DNA of 64,000 nucleotides from Rhizophagus irregularis (Eukaryota): NCBI RefSeq assembly GCF_026210795.1, contig NC_089436.1, positions 310,001 to 374,000 of the forward strand, read 5' to 3'. Shown piece by piece: positions 25,701 to 38,080 of this stretch (position 1 is its first letter; each line of letters starts with the position of its first letter). The notes under the pieces were generated by a model. It saw only the letters and a program-made list of their open reading frames with translations, ran no database searches and was not told where the DNA came from. The position numbers and the translations under genes were made by a program.

Positions 25701-26470
25701 ATAAAAAATTTAGTATTTTGGATAGTAAATCATGTGATCTATTAAAAATTAATAAATTGTTATAAACTTTTAGTGCGAAATATTTTAAGCATGTTTATTA
25801 TACAGTATATTTAAAAGTTTAGCCAATCAAAAATTTTAAAAAATTTACGGGGATTTATATGCAAATTACGAAGTGAGAAATATTAAAATTTACACCAATC
25901 AAATTTAATAAATGAGTGAAATCACCTGAATTGCGATCATTTATTTTACGTTTTCGAGTATTGCTTGAGACTTTTTTCCTTTCTCTTCTTTATTAATTTT
26001 TTCTTCACTATTATTATTATTATAACAATAAAATATAAATATATAATTATGTCCACGTTATCTGAAGATATTATTGATTTTTAAAAAAAATGGAAATGGA
26101 GATGAGTAATAATAATAATTGATATTTGCTTAGATTTATTTTTTAGTATGTGCAGTATAACTAATTCATTTTTGCTTAGATTTATTCTTTAGCATGTAAA
26201 GCATAATTATTTTCTAGATAGTAATGTTTGCATATTGATATATATTAGATAAATACAATAAATATTAATTGTAAATAATTTTAATTTTGAGTGTTATAGT
26301 ATAATAAATGTAAGATTAAAAAAATAAATAAATAAATTTAAGTTAATAAATATTTAAATCTTTTATAATATAAAAAAAAAAATAAAAAAAAATTTCAAGT
26401 AAATAAAATAAATTAACAATAGATTACATGTATATTACGATTTGTTTAAGTTTATACTGTATAACTAAAG

Positions 26471-26591
26471 TTGCAGGTGCGTTTTTTAAATAAATAGGAT
26501 GGTACCGTACCTACAACATTGATAGTATTAATATATATATAAACAGTGTTGTGGGTACGGTATGATCATTAAAAAACATTAGTACCTGCAA
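26471..26591. repeat. Imperfect ~120-bp hairpin (MITE-like)
   Basis: Outer arms TTGCAGGT...ACCTGCAA. Inner arm TACCGTACCTACAACATTG pairs with CAGTGTTGTGGGTACGGTA. Confidence 0.7.
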
Positions 26592-27026
26592 TAAATCTGA
26601 ACTTTAATGAGTAGATCGTACCATAACCATTTAGATAATACCTATTAAGCGCCCCGTACCACAATTTAAAAGATATTCAAATTTAAAATTTTTTCAGTAG
26701 TATCATTATAAAATTCTGCAATCATTTATTTCAAATTTTATTTCTTTTTTAATCTCAATATGGAACCTTCATATTTATTTAAAAAAAATTTTCACTTCAT
26801 ATAAAGTTTCTATATAACTGTACTCATTTAAAGATCACGAAAGATTTATCTTATTTGATCATTATACTTTCATATTACTGTATTATAAAACTGAATCTCA
26901 AATTGGGTATAAATTCGTCTAAATTGGCTAACTAATTAAGAGGATGAGAATGACGTGCGTCAGATGTGAAATCGATACCCTGACACGTCACGGTCGTCAC
27001 GCGTGTCACCTAGTGATGCCGACTTA

Positions 27027-27133
27027 CCCTATAAAAATTTTTTAGAAAATTGATCACATATCGGTGTTTTTTTGGAATAAAAACTAGAGAAATGATCATT
27101 TATCGGAATTTCCCCCGAAAATTTTTTATAGGG
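27027..27133. mobile_element. CMC/EnSpm-like MITE, 107 bp, 3-bp TSD (TTA)
   Basis: TTA|CCCTATAAAAA ... TTTTTATAGGG|TTA. Confidence 0.75.
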
Positions 27134-28635
27134 TTAATTGAAACCAAATATTAAAATTTATTATTTGTCTTAGCTATTGTTAAAGATATAATAAAGTTTA
27201 AATGACCTATGCTTAATTAAATAAAATTTAAATCCACTAATCAATAATCTTTGGACCATACATTTGCGAAAATTAAAAATTGAATAATCATATTAGATGA
27301 GAAATTAAATAAAAATTTTATTTTAATTTATGGTTATTTAATAAAAGTGAACAAATCGTCACTGACTTAGCCAAAAATTTGTTGTTACCTGATCACCAAC
27401 GTTGAGGTGCAGGAGGGGAAAGGGAAGGAAAAGCGAGAGCGGGGAAAGGGAAAAGAGTGAGGAAGAGGGTAAGCAAACGAGAGAGGGAAGGGAAAGGAGG
27501 GGGTAATTCAATTTGTCAATTATAGATGGTGTGTCTATAACTTGGTGATACTTATGAATTGTGTAATGTGGATATTTCCGCGCCTGATCTATACATATTT
27601 ATAATAGTTATTGGCCATCAGTTTCCGACAGCCCATTTCATTGCTAATATATTTCCAGTTACTGCTGTTTTCATAAGACCTGGGACAAAATAAATTTTGG
27701 AACCGACGGCCGATCCGCCGATCTAGCACTGTTAGGTCTTACGGTAATGAAGTTTTTGATATAATGCGATCGGCGCAGTAGAACGGACTGTTAAACAAAA
27801 CTAAATTTAATTTTCTTTTGCTTTTTCGCTTAAAATTTTTTTTTTTTTTTTTTTTTTTGGTTCTCTCTCTTTCCGGTTTTATAAAATCAGTTTTTTAAAT
27901 TTTTTATAAAATTTTTTTTTATTTATTTTTAAAACCAGTTTTTTTAATTTTCTATTCGAATTTTTTTTTTGTTGATTTTTTCTCTTTCCAGTTTTATATT
28001 CAAAGATTTTTATAAAAATTTTTTTAGTCTTCCGGATTTTTTAAAATCGCATTTTAATAATATTTTCTTTCTTTCTTTTTTTTCTGATCTTTTTTTTTTA
28101 ATATTATTTTGTCTCTTTTTCCAAAACTGATTTTTTTTTTAATTTTTTTTCCCTTTATAATCTATATAGTGATATTATTTTCTAATTGTTTTTTTTTCAT
28201 TCTTTCAGCGTGTATTAAAGACAACAAATCATTCTAACATTTTATTTCTGTTAACGTATCTGATGTAAGAAAAAGCATTTGAGTTAAATGTAAAAGAGTC
28301 TTTTATAAGTTTTGGTATATACACCTGGTGATAATTAAATAAAAGAAACTTACTTTATATTAAATGTTTTTACTTAATGTACATTATTTTTCTGGAAGGG
28401 AATTTATATTTAAATAAATAAAATAATAAAATAAGAAATTGATTTCTATAAAAAACAATTATATAATAACATCTGTGTATTAGATAAGAACCTTACTAGT
28501 TATGTGTATCCTACTACTGTTTTTATAAAATAATGTACAAGTTATATTCAAAGCAACGGGCGACTGCTAGTATTGTACTACATAAAAAATATTAAGCATT
28601 TTTTTAATATCTTCCTTATATTTTTGTTGATTTTG

Positions 28636-29015
28636 TTAATTTATTCTTAATTCCAAACATTTGTAGATTTATTATTTATAATATCTTCAAGGATTTTTTG
28701 ACCATACATTACCATCTTTTTCTTTAACTATAATATTTTTTTTAGTTCTTTTAGATCTGTTAAGACAAGAGCTATTTACTACTTGACCATAATTTTCACA
28801 CGATCGTAGTACAACTACATGTTGAAGTTTTTCCGGTTGTAATTACTTGAAAAATTCTTCATTAGAATAATTATCATTTTTATAACTATTCGTAAAAAAT
28901 AAAATATCGGTTGAATAATCTTCTAGATTATTGCTAAATTTTATTGAATCTTCGAAAACCCGGATATACAACGACATTTTAAAACATTGGCTCTTTATTT
29001 TATGAAACAGTTATT
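28636..29015 (-). pseudogene. Decayed third paralog of the 8759-9874 / 29534-30577 family
   Basis: 28636-28700 aligns with 9361-9425 (ttaatttatt..aattccaaa..tttgtag..taatatcttcaaggatttt). 28852-28950 aligns with 9538-9640 (attcttcatt.gaataa..tttt.taact..aaaatatc..tcttcta.att..gctaaattt). Frameshifted, with an unrelated ~90-bp insert. Confidence 0.75.
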
Positions 29016-29533
29016 GTAAGTTGTAGTAATGGTTAAACAAATTTTAAATTCGAGGATTGCTGATCAGCCTTACAAAACTAAAATGCAATTGGACGATGTT
29101 TACAATCAAAAAAAAAAAATAATTGATGACCACATTTAATTAATTACGAATCAATTTTTGCCATATTATGTTCACTATCAAGTTTATTATGGAAATTTTT
29201 TTAAGAGAAATCTATTTTTTGATATATTATTTTATGAAAACCAATAAAAAACAAGATAAAACAATTTGTGGAAACATAACCTAAACAACATTAGGCCGCA
29301 AAAAGTTCAAAAAATTACTAAGCTGACAAATTCTACACCATTTTAAGCATAGTACCATAGAGAATGCGCCAAAAACATAAATATGACATATTTGTGCAAA
29401 TCAAAAAACGTATCATTTACGTCATCATCGGAATAAAAATTTTGATGATTCACATGAAAATGAAAATTGAACCATTTATTAAAGCATAAAAACCTAATTC
29501 GTTCGGTAAAGTTGAAAAAAAAAGAGAAAAAAA

Positions 29534-30577
29534 ATGACAAGTTCCGATGAGACTCGATTTGAATCTAATAATAATGATCCTTTCAGAAGAGATGATATAC
29601 CTATTAGTATGATAAATTTTGGCAAAAAATCTCAATTAGTTATGGGAAATTTTAAAAAATGTTGTGAAGAATTTAAATTTGATAATAGTGTATTTATGAC
29701 CTTTATTGCTCAAGTAGTTAAAGAACAACGTAAAATCTTTCGTGAATTCGCTGAAGTTTCAATAAAATATAGTGATAATCTTTTAGATTATTCAATCGAT
29801 CTTTTGTTTTTCGTAGATTGTTTTAAGGATGAACGATATTCTGATGATGAATTTCTAGAATTATTGAATGACCTTTTAATCAAATCTAGAGAAAATCATA
29901 GATTAATTAAAGATTTAAAAAAAATAATTAGTAATAAGGATACAAACTTTGGAGATGTTGGAATTAATGAAAAATTAACTGCGGTCCAAAATTTTTTGCC
30001 AACATACGTTGAAGATATTAAAAACTGTCCAGGTTTAATTGATTCAGACAACATATCTAAAATCGAAGAAGAGATAACACTATTAAAAAATCAGGCGAAA
30101 AGTGGGATTGCCTTTTCTGCAATTGGTTTAGTATGTATTGGAGTTGGACTTATTGCGCCTCCTGCTGGTGCTGTGATGGCAGTTTCTGATGTGTTACTTG
30201 GAATTAGTAACGGTAGTAATCTTTATAATTCTATAAAGCTTATCAAAACAAATAAGAAAATTAAAGATCTTACGAAAAAATTAAGTATTGAAGTCGACGA
30301 ATTGATTGAGAAAATAAAATTATTTTCGAATAGTTTGGAGTCAATTATTTTGGAGATCAGTACGTTCGAAATTTTTTGGGAAAATCAAGTTGAAAAAATC
30401 GATTATCTTATAAAAAACCTCAGAGGGTTCAATGAAACAGAGAGACGTCATAATAAAGATAAAATTGTCAACTCAATTGAAAAAAAATGGAAAGATGTAG
30501 AACGAGAATGTCAACTTTATTCTCATGAGATGAAAGATTTATTGATTAGAGATGAATATATTAAAGTAAAGTTTTGA
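29534..30577 (+). CDS. Intronless 347-aa helical/coiled-coil protein with central hydrophobic segment; candidate ClyA/Hbl/Nhe-like pore-forming protein (paralog B)
   Basis: Long ORF sharing NFKxCCEEFKFDN, KEQRKIFR, LNDLLIKS, IEVDEL and KDKIVNSIEKKWKDVERECQ with paralog A. Hydrophobic segment GIAFSAIGLVCIGVGLIAPPAGAVMAVSDVLLGI. Confidence 0.85.
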   Translation: MTSSDETRFESNNNDPFRRDDIPISMINFGKKSQLVMGNFKKCCEEFKFDNSVFMTFIAQVVKEQRKIFREFAEVSIKYSDNLLDYSIDLLFFVDCFKDERYSDDEFLELLNDLLIKSRENHRLIKDLKKIISNKDTNFGDVGINEKLTAVQNFLPTYVEDIKNCPGLIDSDNISKIEEEITLLKNQAKSGIAFSAIGLVCIGVGLIAPPAGAVMAVSDVLLGISNGSNLYNSIKLIKTNKKIKDLTKKLSIEVDELIEKIKLFSNSLESIILEISTFEIFWENQVEKIDYLIKNLRGFNETERRHNKDKIVNSIEKKWKDVERECQLYSHEMKDLLIRDEYIKVKF

Positions 30578-32199
30578 ATATGTAAAGCAAGAGTTACCCT
30601 AGTTTAACCTGACGTGATGTTCAGGAGAAATAATTATAAATATTATAAATTAACCTATTGTATGTCTGGTCAAACGTTTATTTTTTTTAAAAGGAAAAAG
30701 TTATTTTAATGCTTTTTTAAATATCTCGGGGGGTTTATTGTAGAAACAGTATCTTCGATGTTCATTACCAAAAAATTTGCAATTAATTTATTAACGTAAC
30801 CAAAAATTTTTTTATTTCTTTCTTATTTGTAATTTTTGTTTTACAAGCTTTACACGAACAGTTTTTTTCTGTATAAACAAAAATATATAGATTTTTTGCA
30901 GATAAAGTATCCATTGATATATTGAGAACTATCATCATATTTTTGTAAATCTACATGTCGTTGATGTATAGTTGCCGAAGATGCGAGTTTAACTAATGAA
31001 ACTATTCACACATTCTAGTTACAATGTATTCCGAAAAAAAAAATATAAACTATATAGTATAAAATGTATACTTTACTGAACTACCGTGCCAATGATATTT
31101 TGAAGTAATAAGAAAAATATCTAACATGATGATAGGACACACTTATAGAATATGCTAAACCGTTCCTAGACCACAAAAAAATATCATTAGGAAACCGTAA
31201 TAATAATTATAACTCTATTCCTAGAAATAATTACTGGAATGATATATAATGAAAGGCGAATGAAGCACCTAATAGTTAAAAAGCAACTGTGAACTCGGTT
31301 CACACATAGATTAATCACGTGAGGACCCAGAAATATGGTCTAAAAAATTCATGAAAATCTTCCACCTGACATATTTCTGGTCCTATCACGTGTTACTACG
31401 CCACATCCCTGTCGACTTCAACGGAACTTATTTGTCGGCGAAACTGTTAAATGATAAAAGGATACGAGAAACAAGTTCAATCAGAAATACAGAAAATATT
31501 TTAAAGATAGTTGATTATACAAAAAGCAGAAAATTATCTCTTAATTACATTTTGAAATTTTGCTACTCTAAAATAATACCGGCCCTACTGCAAGGAACTT
31601 CCTAAGAAGTGCATTATAGTTCACCCTGTAAAAAACTATTATTATGCATAGCACTATGTCGTTTCACACCAACCTGGTCTTATCGCAGGACTGCATAGCG
31701 TCTATACTCTAACCCTCGCATAGTACTATACCGCACCAACCAGCCTACTGTAATACTGCTGCTAATCTGGTATTCACAGGAGTATATTATACTCCCACCC
31801 ATGCATAGCATCATACTGCTCCAACGAAAGTAAGAAAAGAAGATAAGTGTAGGGAAGAAAATGGAATACAATAAAATACTGTATATATATAAATGAAGGG
31901 AGAAAGAGCAAGAGAGGAAAGAAAGGAGCTGAGAGAGGAAAAGGGAAAAAATGAGAGGGAAGGGGAAGTGATGAAGGAGGAGAAGGGGGAGAGGAAAAAG
32001 AGTGAGAAAGAAAAGTAAAAGATGAAAGTGATAAAGAGAGAAAAAAAAAGAGTAAGAGAGAGAGGGAGAAGTTGAATAACGAATTTTTAATTAAAATCTT
32101 TACGTAATACGAAAAATACGTTATCGTGCTTGTCATTTGTGCAAATACGATACAAAATGTGAACAAACTTTTTAAAAGAATAATTTTAACGCTTAATTC

Positions 32200-33012
32200 T
32201 TCAGATAATTCAGCAGTTTCAAGAGCGCGGTGAAATTATATTTATAGCAATCACTCGATTGGGCATCATCCTTAATACCATCAGCTAGTACGATACTTTC
32301 TGCACCTTTCTTCCTATGGCTATTTTGGCAGGGGCCCCCTGAAGTTTAAGTCACAGGATTTTCAGAAGTAGAGCACCTGCTATCGGATTCTTGATCTTGG
32401 TTAAGAGATGCTTGCTCTGCTTTGCTAAGATACTTCTCCCTATTACGTTGCCCTATCCCATTATTAACACTTTTCTTATGTGCATCATCCAGGAAAGTAT
32501 CCATTTTTCTGTCCTCCAATGACTTCGATCACTCACACAAGATAGAGGAAAAATGGCCTGGTTACTTTGGGATCCCCTATTACACTGATCTGTAATGGTT
32601 GCTAGGTACATTGACAATTACTTCGTGAGAAATATCCTGAGTTGGCTGTTTGCTTTCATCATCACCATCCCTTAGTTCACTAGTTCGACCTTCAGCTCAG
32701 CAATTTCATCATCATGCCTAACATTCTCGGCTGAAGAACCTGCTCCAACTCCTCGATTCTGGCCTTGAGTTCGGCATTCTCAACATCACGTCTCTTACTT
32801 TCTTCCACAGCCTGTCTTAGAAGCTCGTTAATCCTGGCCTTAAGCTTAACTTTCTCTGTCAAACTCAGCTAACTTCCTTCTAAGATTAGGGACCTCGGCA
32901 TTATCCTTAAGCTCATCATTTTTGACCCTAATTTCAGCATTTTCCTTCCTAGCTCTGCAATCTCAGCTAAGAGCTTGGCATTTAATTCTCTCAATGAATC
33001 AATGGAATGCTG
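32200..33012 (-). pseudogene. Degenerate coiled-coil N-terminal repeat-family gene (Glomeromycota high-copy, probably TE-associated)
   Basis: The minus strand gives SIDSLRELNAKLLAEIAEL and KVKLKARINELLRQAVEESKRRDVENAELKARIEELE, with frameshifts. GC is higher than in the flanks. Confidence 0.55.
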
Positions 33013-35590
33013 TTCGATAATAATTTTTTATATAAGATGGAATAATTCAAAAGTTCGTTAGCATAGATAAAACCCGTGACAAAATGTCACGATTACTGAT
33101 TTATTGATGTAAAAAAAATAAATTGCAAGATTTGGTTATACATAAACTTGTTTACGATGTGAAATGGTGTTTCTATACTAATATCTGCGGCCACACAAAT
33201 TTTTCGCTTGCCTACGCTACACATTATTCCACTCCATGGTCCAATAATCGATATTCTGGTTAAAATAAAACGAACATCAGTCATACGAGATATGAAGTGT
33301 CAGAAAATAAGTCAACAGCTCATAGAATTAACCTTAGTAAAGTCTCGCCGAGAATTTATTTGTTTGATGCTACAGTAATAGAAATCTATAAGAAAAAATC
33401 AAGCTCTGAAATCGTTTTCTTGAAAATGCATGGCCACAGCCGAAACATTCATACATTAATTGCGTACTATCTCATCCAGGCTTCAATAATTTTTCGTCAA
33501 CGCTTCTTTATGTCGGTTTCTTTTAACGAGCCATAACGTTTAGGCTCAGAGAAAATAATACATCACACAAAGGACTACCCCCTAGCGTAAACGTCACGAA
33601 ATGACCAGCATTACGCATTTTGGCTGAAATTAAATGTGGCGCTTTGTGTGCGACAGGAAAATTATATAAATACCATCAGTCGGAGGCATGAATCAATTGA
33701 ATCATTATTTCTGCTATATGATTGTATTACATCACAAAAGTTTAAGATGTATGATATATACCCTCTTTATAGCTTGTTTCTTACTAAGAACTTTTTTTTC
33801 AAACACATTAACATGGTTATTTATAAAATTAATAGTGTCAAAAATAAAATAAAAGGTGCGGAACAACAAAATACATTAAATAAAGAAGCGCTGGATAAGA
33901 AGGTTCGGAAACAAGAACACATTTGTAATGAGTTGTGGTGTGACCAAAACATTAAAAACTGACAGAAAACACACAAGAGATAATGGGATTGGTGAGGAAC
34001 CAAAATGATATAACAAGATGTGCTTTTTCTCATAATAGAGATACTTTGAAATTATAAGATATAAGTGACAATACACGCGAAGATATAAAAGATTTACTCA
34101 GAATTATAAAAGATTTAACCGTCACTAAAGAAAATTTTCGCTATAGGGATTGGGTGACTAAGCTTAATACAAGATATAGTCCGTACTGTAAATTGGATAA
34201 AAAACTTGAGGATATAAATGGTGCGTCTGCATGGGATATCATATCTTATGAGTTCTCCATTATGATAAAATATGATCATGAAAAGATCAAAGATGAAGAG
34301 ATAGACATCGATCACTTCAGCCCAGATTCGAGAGAATACATTAAAACTTTGAAAAAAAATCTTAGATAAAGTGAATAAATCACTTGGTGAATTTGTACTT
34401 TTAATGAAATTTAAATGGACAAGTAATGATGAATTTCATGTATGGAGGTATCAAACTGAAGAAGAGGCATTGAAAGAGTTGAAGCGACTTTCTTTTCTCG
34501 AAGACTTAGAATGTTTCATGAATCCGTTAGAGAAGGCCATTAGGCCACTCAAATTTAATTATTTGTTTAACATACCCCTCCCCCCTCTATTTTTTCAAAA
34601 ATCTGGATCCTATTATTTGTTTGTTTATTGTAGACCCTCCTCCCCCCTCAAACTCTTTATAAATTATAGACGTTAAACAAACAATCAATTGGAGCAGCCT
34701 TAGTGCCATAAGAATTTGGAGTAAGCCTTGTCCTGAATATCCATCCTCTTTTTCTCAATCTATATATTCCTGTTCCCAGTTTCATTTAACTTTTAAAGAA
34801 TTATCCCCTTTAATGCTTTATATATCAGAACCTATTGTTGATGACATAATTTTCTTGCGATAATCATTAAATTACCTAATATGCGATTTTCATCCTTTCG
34901 TTACTGTGTATATTTTATGTTTTTTTATTTAATAAATAAATTTTATTGCTACCAATATGCTTCCCAATAGTTATCATGCAATTTTATTGATATTATGGAA
35001 CAGAATCCGAATAAGATTTCTGAACTTTTCTATACAATGGTGCCCCTGGAAATTTGTATCATGTTCTTCATTAATTTTAGTTGCGATACTTCCCAAAATA
35101 CGTCTCGATTCTTTTAAAATTCTTCGTTCCTATTTTTATGCTTGTTGACATCAGTCCAGTGAACCATTTTTTTCCCGGAAGTGATTTAACCATAAACAAG
35201 CGAATAAGTGTAATATGAGGTGTTTTTATACCCGAGTTTCAACCCTACATTAACCATACATCTGTGGGTGATCGAAATTTACTATTTTTTTCATCATACA
35301 TGTAGTGTACCTTGCAACAATCACTAAAAATACTTCAACCACATTTAAACCACACTTTAAACCGATTTGATTCGTGCGCCTAATATATATAAATATCCGT
35401 AATCACACGATCATCTTCGCGATCCTCTCTGAAAACATTAAATCCTTACCATGCAAAAATATTGATTGCCAAAAATGTATATTCTGAAGGAGTGTTTGTT
35501 TTATTAATAATAGCGTGATACATCACGCAAAAAAAAAATAAATAAATTACAAGCGTCGGTAGCTAGCCAGTAGTACATGACGTTTCTATG

Positions 35591-36005
35591 TTATTTTTGC
35601 GAACTATAATTATGCATGCTTATTTTTTCCTCTATCCTAGCCCTCTTCCTATCAGGTTCTTCATCCACAGACTCCAACCTATCCTTCAACAACCCAACAA
35701 TGACCGCCATAACCCGCTTCACATTTTTACGCAAATCTTTTCCTCCTCCGATCCTTCCTTCAAAGCAGATTCTGAAAATCGAATATTGAGGGGATCCTTG
35801 CTCGTGCTCGATATTCCATCCGAGGCGAAAAGAATAAAATACCATTCTGAGGCTGTTGTAACGATTCCGTAGATATAGTCGAAGTCTTCCCCGAACGCTT
35901 CACCTGATTTACGTTTCCTATTCTTTTTTATTAACTTGTAGAACGCTTTCATATTGAATCAAATTTTGAGCGAAACCTATAACTACTTGATGTAGCTTCC
36001 CTTCC
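35591..36005 (-). pseudogene. C-terminal fragment of a Crinkler-type REase gene
   Basis: GFAQNLIQ..KKNRKRKSGEAFGEDFDYIYGIVTTASEWYFILF..SKDPLNIRFSESALKEGSEEEK / DLRKNVKRVMAVIVGLLKDRLESVDEEPDRKRAR. Frameshifts are present and no N-terminal domain is seen. Confidence 0.75.
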
Positions 36006-36109
36006 GAATTAAACCTTTAATAAGGTAACTTAAATACAATACATTAATCTCGAAGAATAGTAATATTTCGAGTGTACCAAATTTGAAAGACATTATTCTA
36101 AGTTGGTAT

Positions 36110-38080
36110 AAAACTAATTTGGTTGTAGACCAGTAATTGTAACCTTGATGAGTTTTGGCGATGAGGTGGGCATCCTACCATAAGTAGAACGTGATGGAGT
36201 GTTGGAAGCAATTACTGTCAAGACCTCAGAAATACGATGCCTTAAAGTCACAAAGAGAAAGGCGTTAAATGGTTGGTATCGATTTGCGTTAAAGCCAATA
36301 AACCAGGTACTACTATTGGCACTTACTTTAATGCTTCTATAAATTGTGCTTGTTCTGTTGGAATAACTACATTTGCAACCAAGAACCTGTATATCCCATC
36401 GTAATTGATTTTATAGATACGAATGCTCGCATCTATAAGTGCAATCATATATTAATTAATAAATACGTTAAAAGTAACTCAAATTTGTACACTTACCACA
36501 AATCCATATACTGAAAGGAGTACCGCCAATCTTATTTCCATGTTTCTTGATTAATTCGTCCAAAGTACCCGCTTGGAAGTCCGCGAGTTTGATGGAATCT
36601 TTTTACCAACATAGATGATGAATCCTTGAATTTCATCTCTCGTATCAAAGCAGAACTTTGCTGTTTTCCCTTTTAAATCAACATCAAAGGATATAAAAGA
36701 TATTTCGAAGATTCACACAATGCTTATAAACTCACCATATAATTCCAATACTGAGTCACGAAACATCTCTTTGATTAAATCATGTAAAGCATCATGGACA
36801 ATTGTATCTTCATTATTTTTACTAATAGAGTCTAGTAGAAAACTGTAAAACATATTATTATCGAGTTAATTACAAATATATCCGCTTCTTGTATTGCTCC
36901 TCTAATCATGCCGGTGGTTGAAAATTCACCACCTCTATGTTCTTCTTCGACACTATAAGATATCGAAGCGTCGTAATTTCGACCTTCCGACATGGTTTAC
37001 GAGAATTCGCTAATTTGATATTTGCAAAAACTAGTTCTATCCTCTTTATTCAGAAGCTCTGTGATTTCGGAAAATTTTGCACACCATCTATCTTCAATTT
37101 CGTCTAGTGGTTTGAATAAATTTAACAACTAGAATGAAAGGAGTTGCCTAACTAGTAATATTCATTCAATATCAGATTTGTGAATGAGAAATTAAATCTT
37201 ACCATAAAATATTATAAATTACATTATTAACTACTGATGAGAAACTCGAAGGTGCTTGTCGTCGACAAATTGTATTCAAAATCGCTTGATCGCAGGTAAA
37301 ATATATTGGTTTTGTCTGTTCAATCAGCATTATATTTTATAGGCATCTATTTATTACGATAATAATGAATATAATAAGAAGTAGTTACAGAAATCCATTA
37401 TTCAGACAGATTTCAATACTTACAGATATTTAATGTCCTTTTTATAACATAAATATGGCTTTTCTTGATTTGTTGAATCGTTAATTGTTGGAAATTCCAA
37501 AACTCATTGGAGAGATTATAGCTTTCGAAATCTACTGAAAAAGTGCGTAAATATATTTAGTTAATGAGGTGAATGAACGAAGCATTGACCACATCGTACA
37601 CTCACATCCTTTTTAGAATTTCCTCTGGCATCAACTTTATGAATTGCATCTTCCCATGAATAAAGAATTTATGTCGTTTCCTGAAATCATAATATTCAGA
37701 CTCGATATCTATGTTTATATATGAATTAGATCCATATTAAATTTTCTTAGAAATGTTGCAAAACTAAAATGCTTTATTACCTTCTTCAAGATTAGGTTTG
37801 GAAGACGGATCAGACGTTGACGAACACGAATCATGAAACCCTCTGACATCAATATCGAAATATTCTGTTGAGACGAGGTTTCTTCGACCTGTTTCCTCCG
37901 GAAGGAGTTCGGATCGCTCTGCTTGTTTTTTGGTTAATACCTTATCAGACGTCTGGCAAAATGTGAAAAATTTAGGGCATATAAATCTTGGATACGATAC
38001 ATCACAAACATTTTTGACAAACCTTTTCTTTCTTAAGAACGCGAGCAGACTGTCAATCATTGATCGCTTTCTTGTAATGG
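36110..38080 (-). pseudogene. Degenerate multi-exon gene, possibly of a fungal REase-like family
   Basis: Intron-like boundaries with fragments such as NEDTIVHDALHDLIKEMFRDSVLEL and a C-terminal LRHRISEVLTVIASNTPSRSTYGRMPTSSPK; many stops. Confidence 0.45.

Noticed and set aside
24872..25765. 297-aa Phe/Leu-rich ORF and overlapping ORFs resembling a membrane protein
   Set aside because: They lie in a polypyrimidine tract that lacks stop codons for compositional reasons; no motifs.
31774..32166. 130-aa hydrophobic ORF (likewise 56069-56421 and 63802-63999)
   Set aside because: Purine/pyrimidine low-complexity artefacts.
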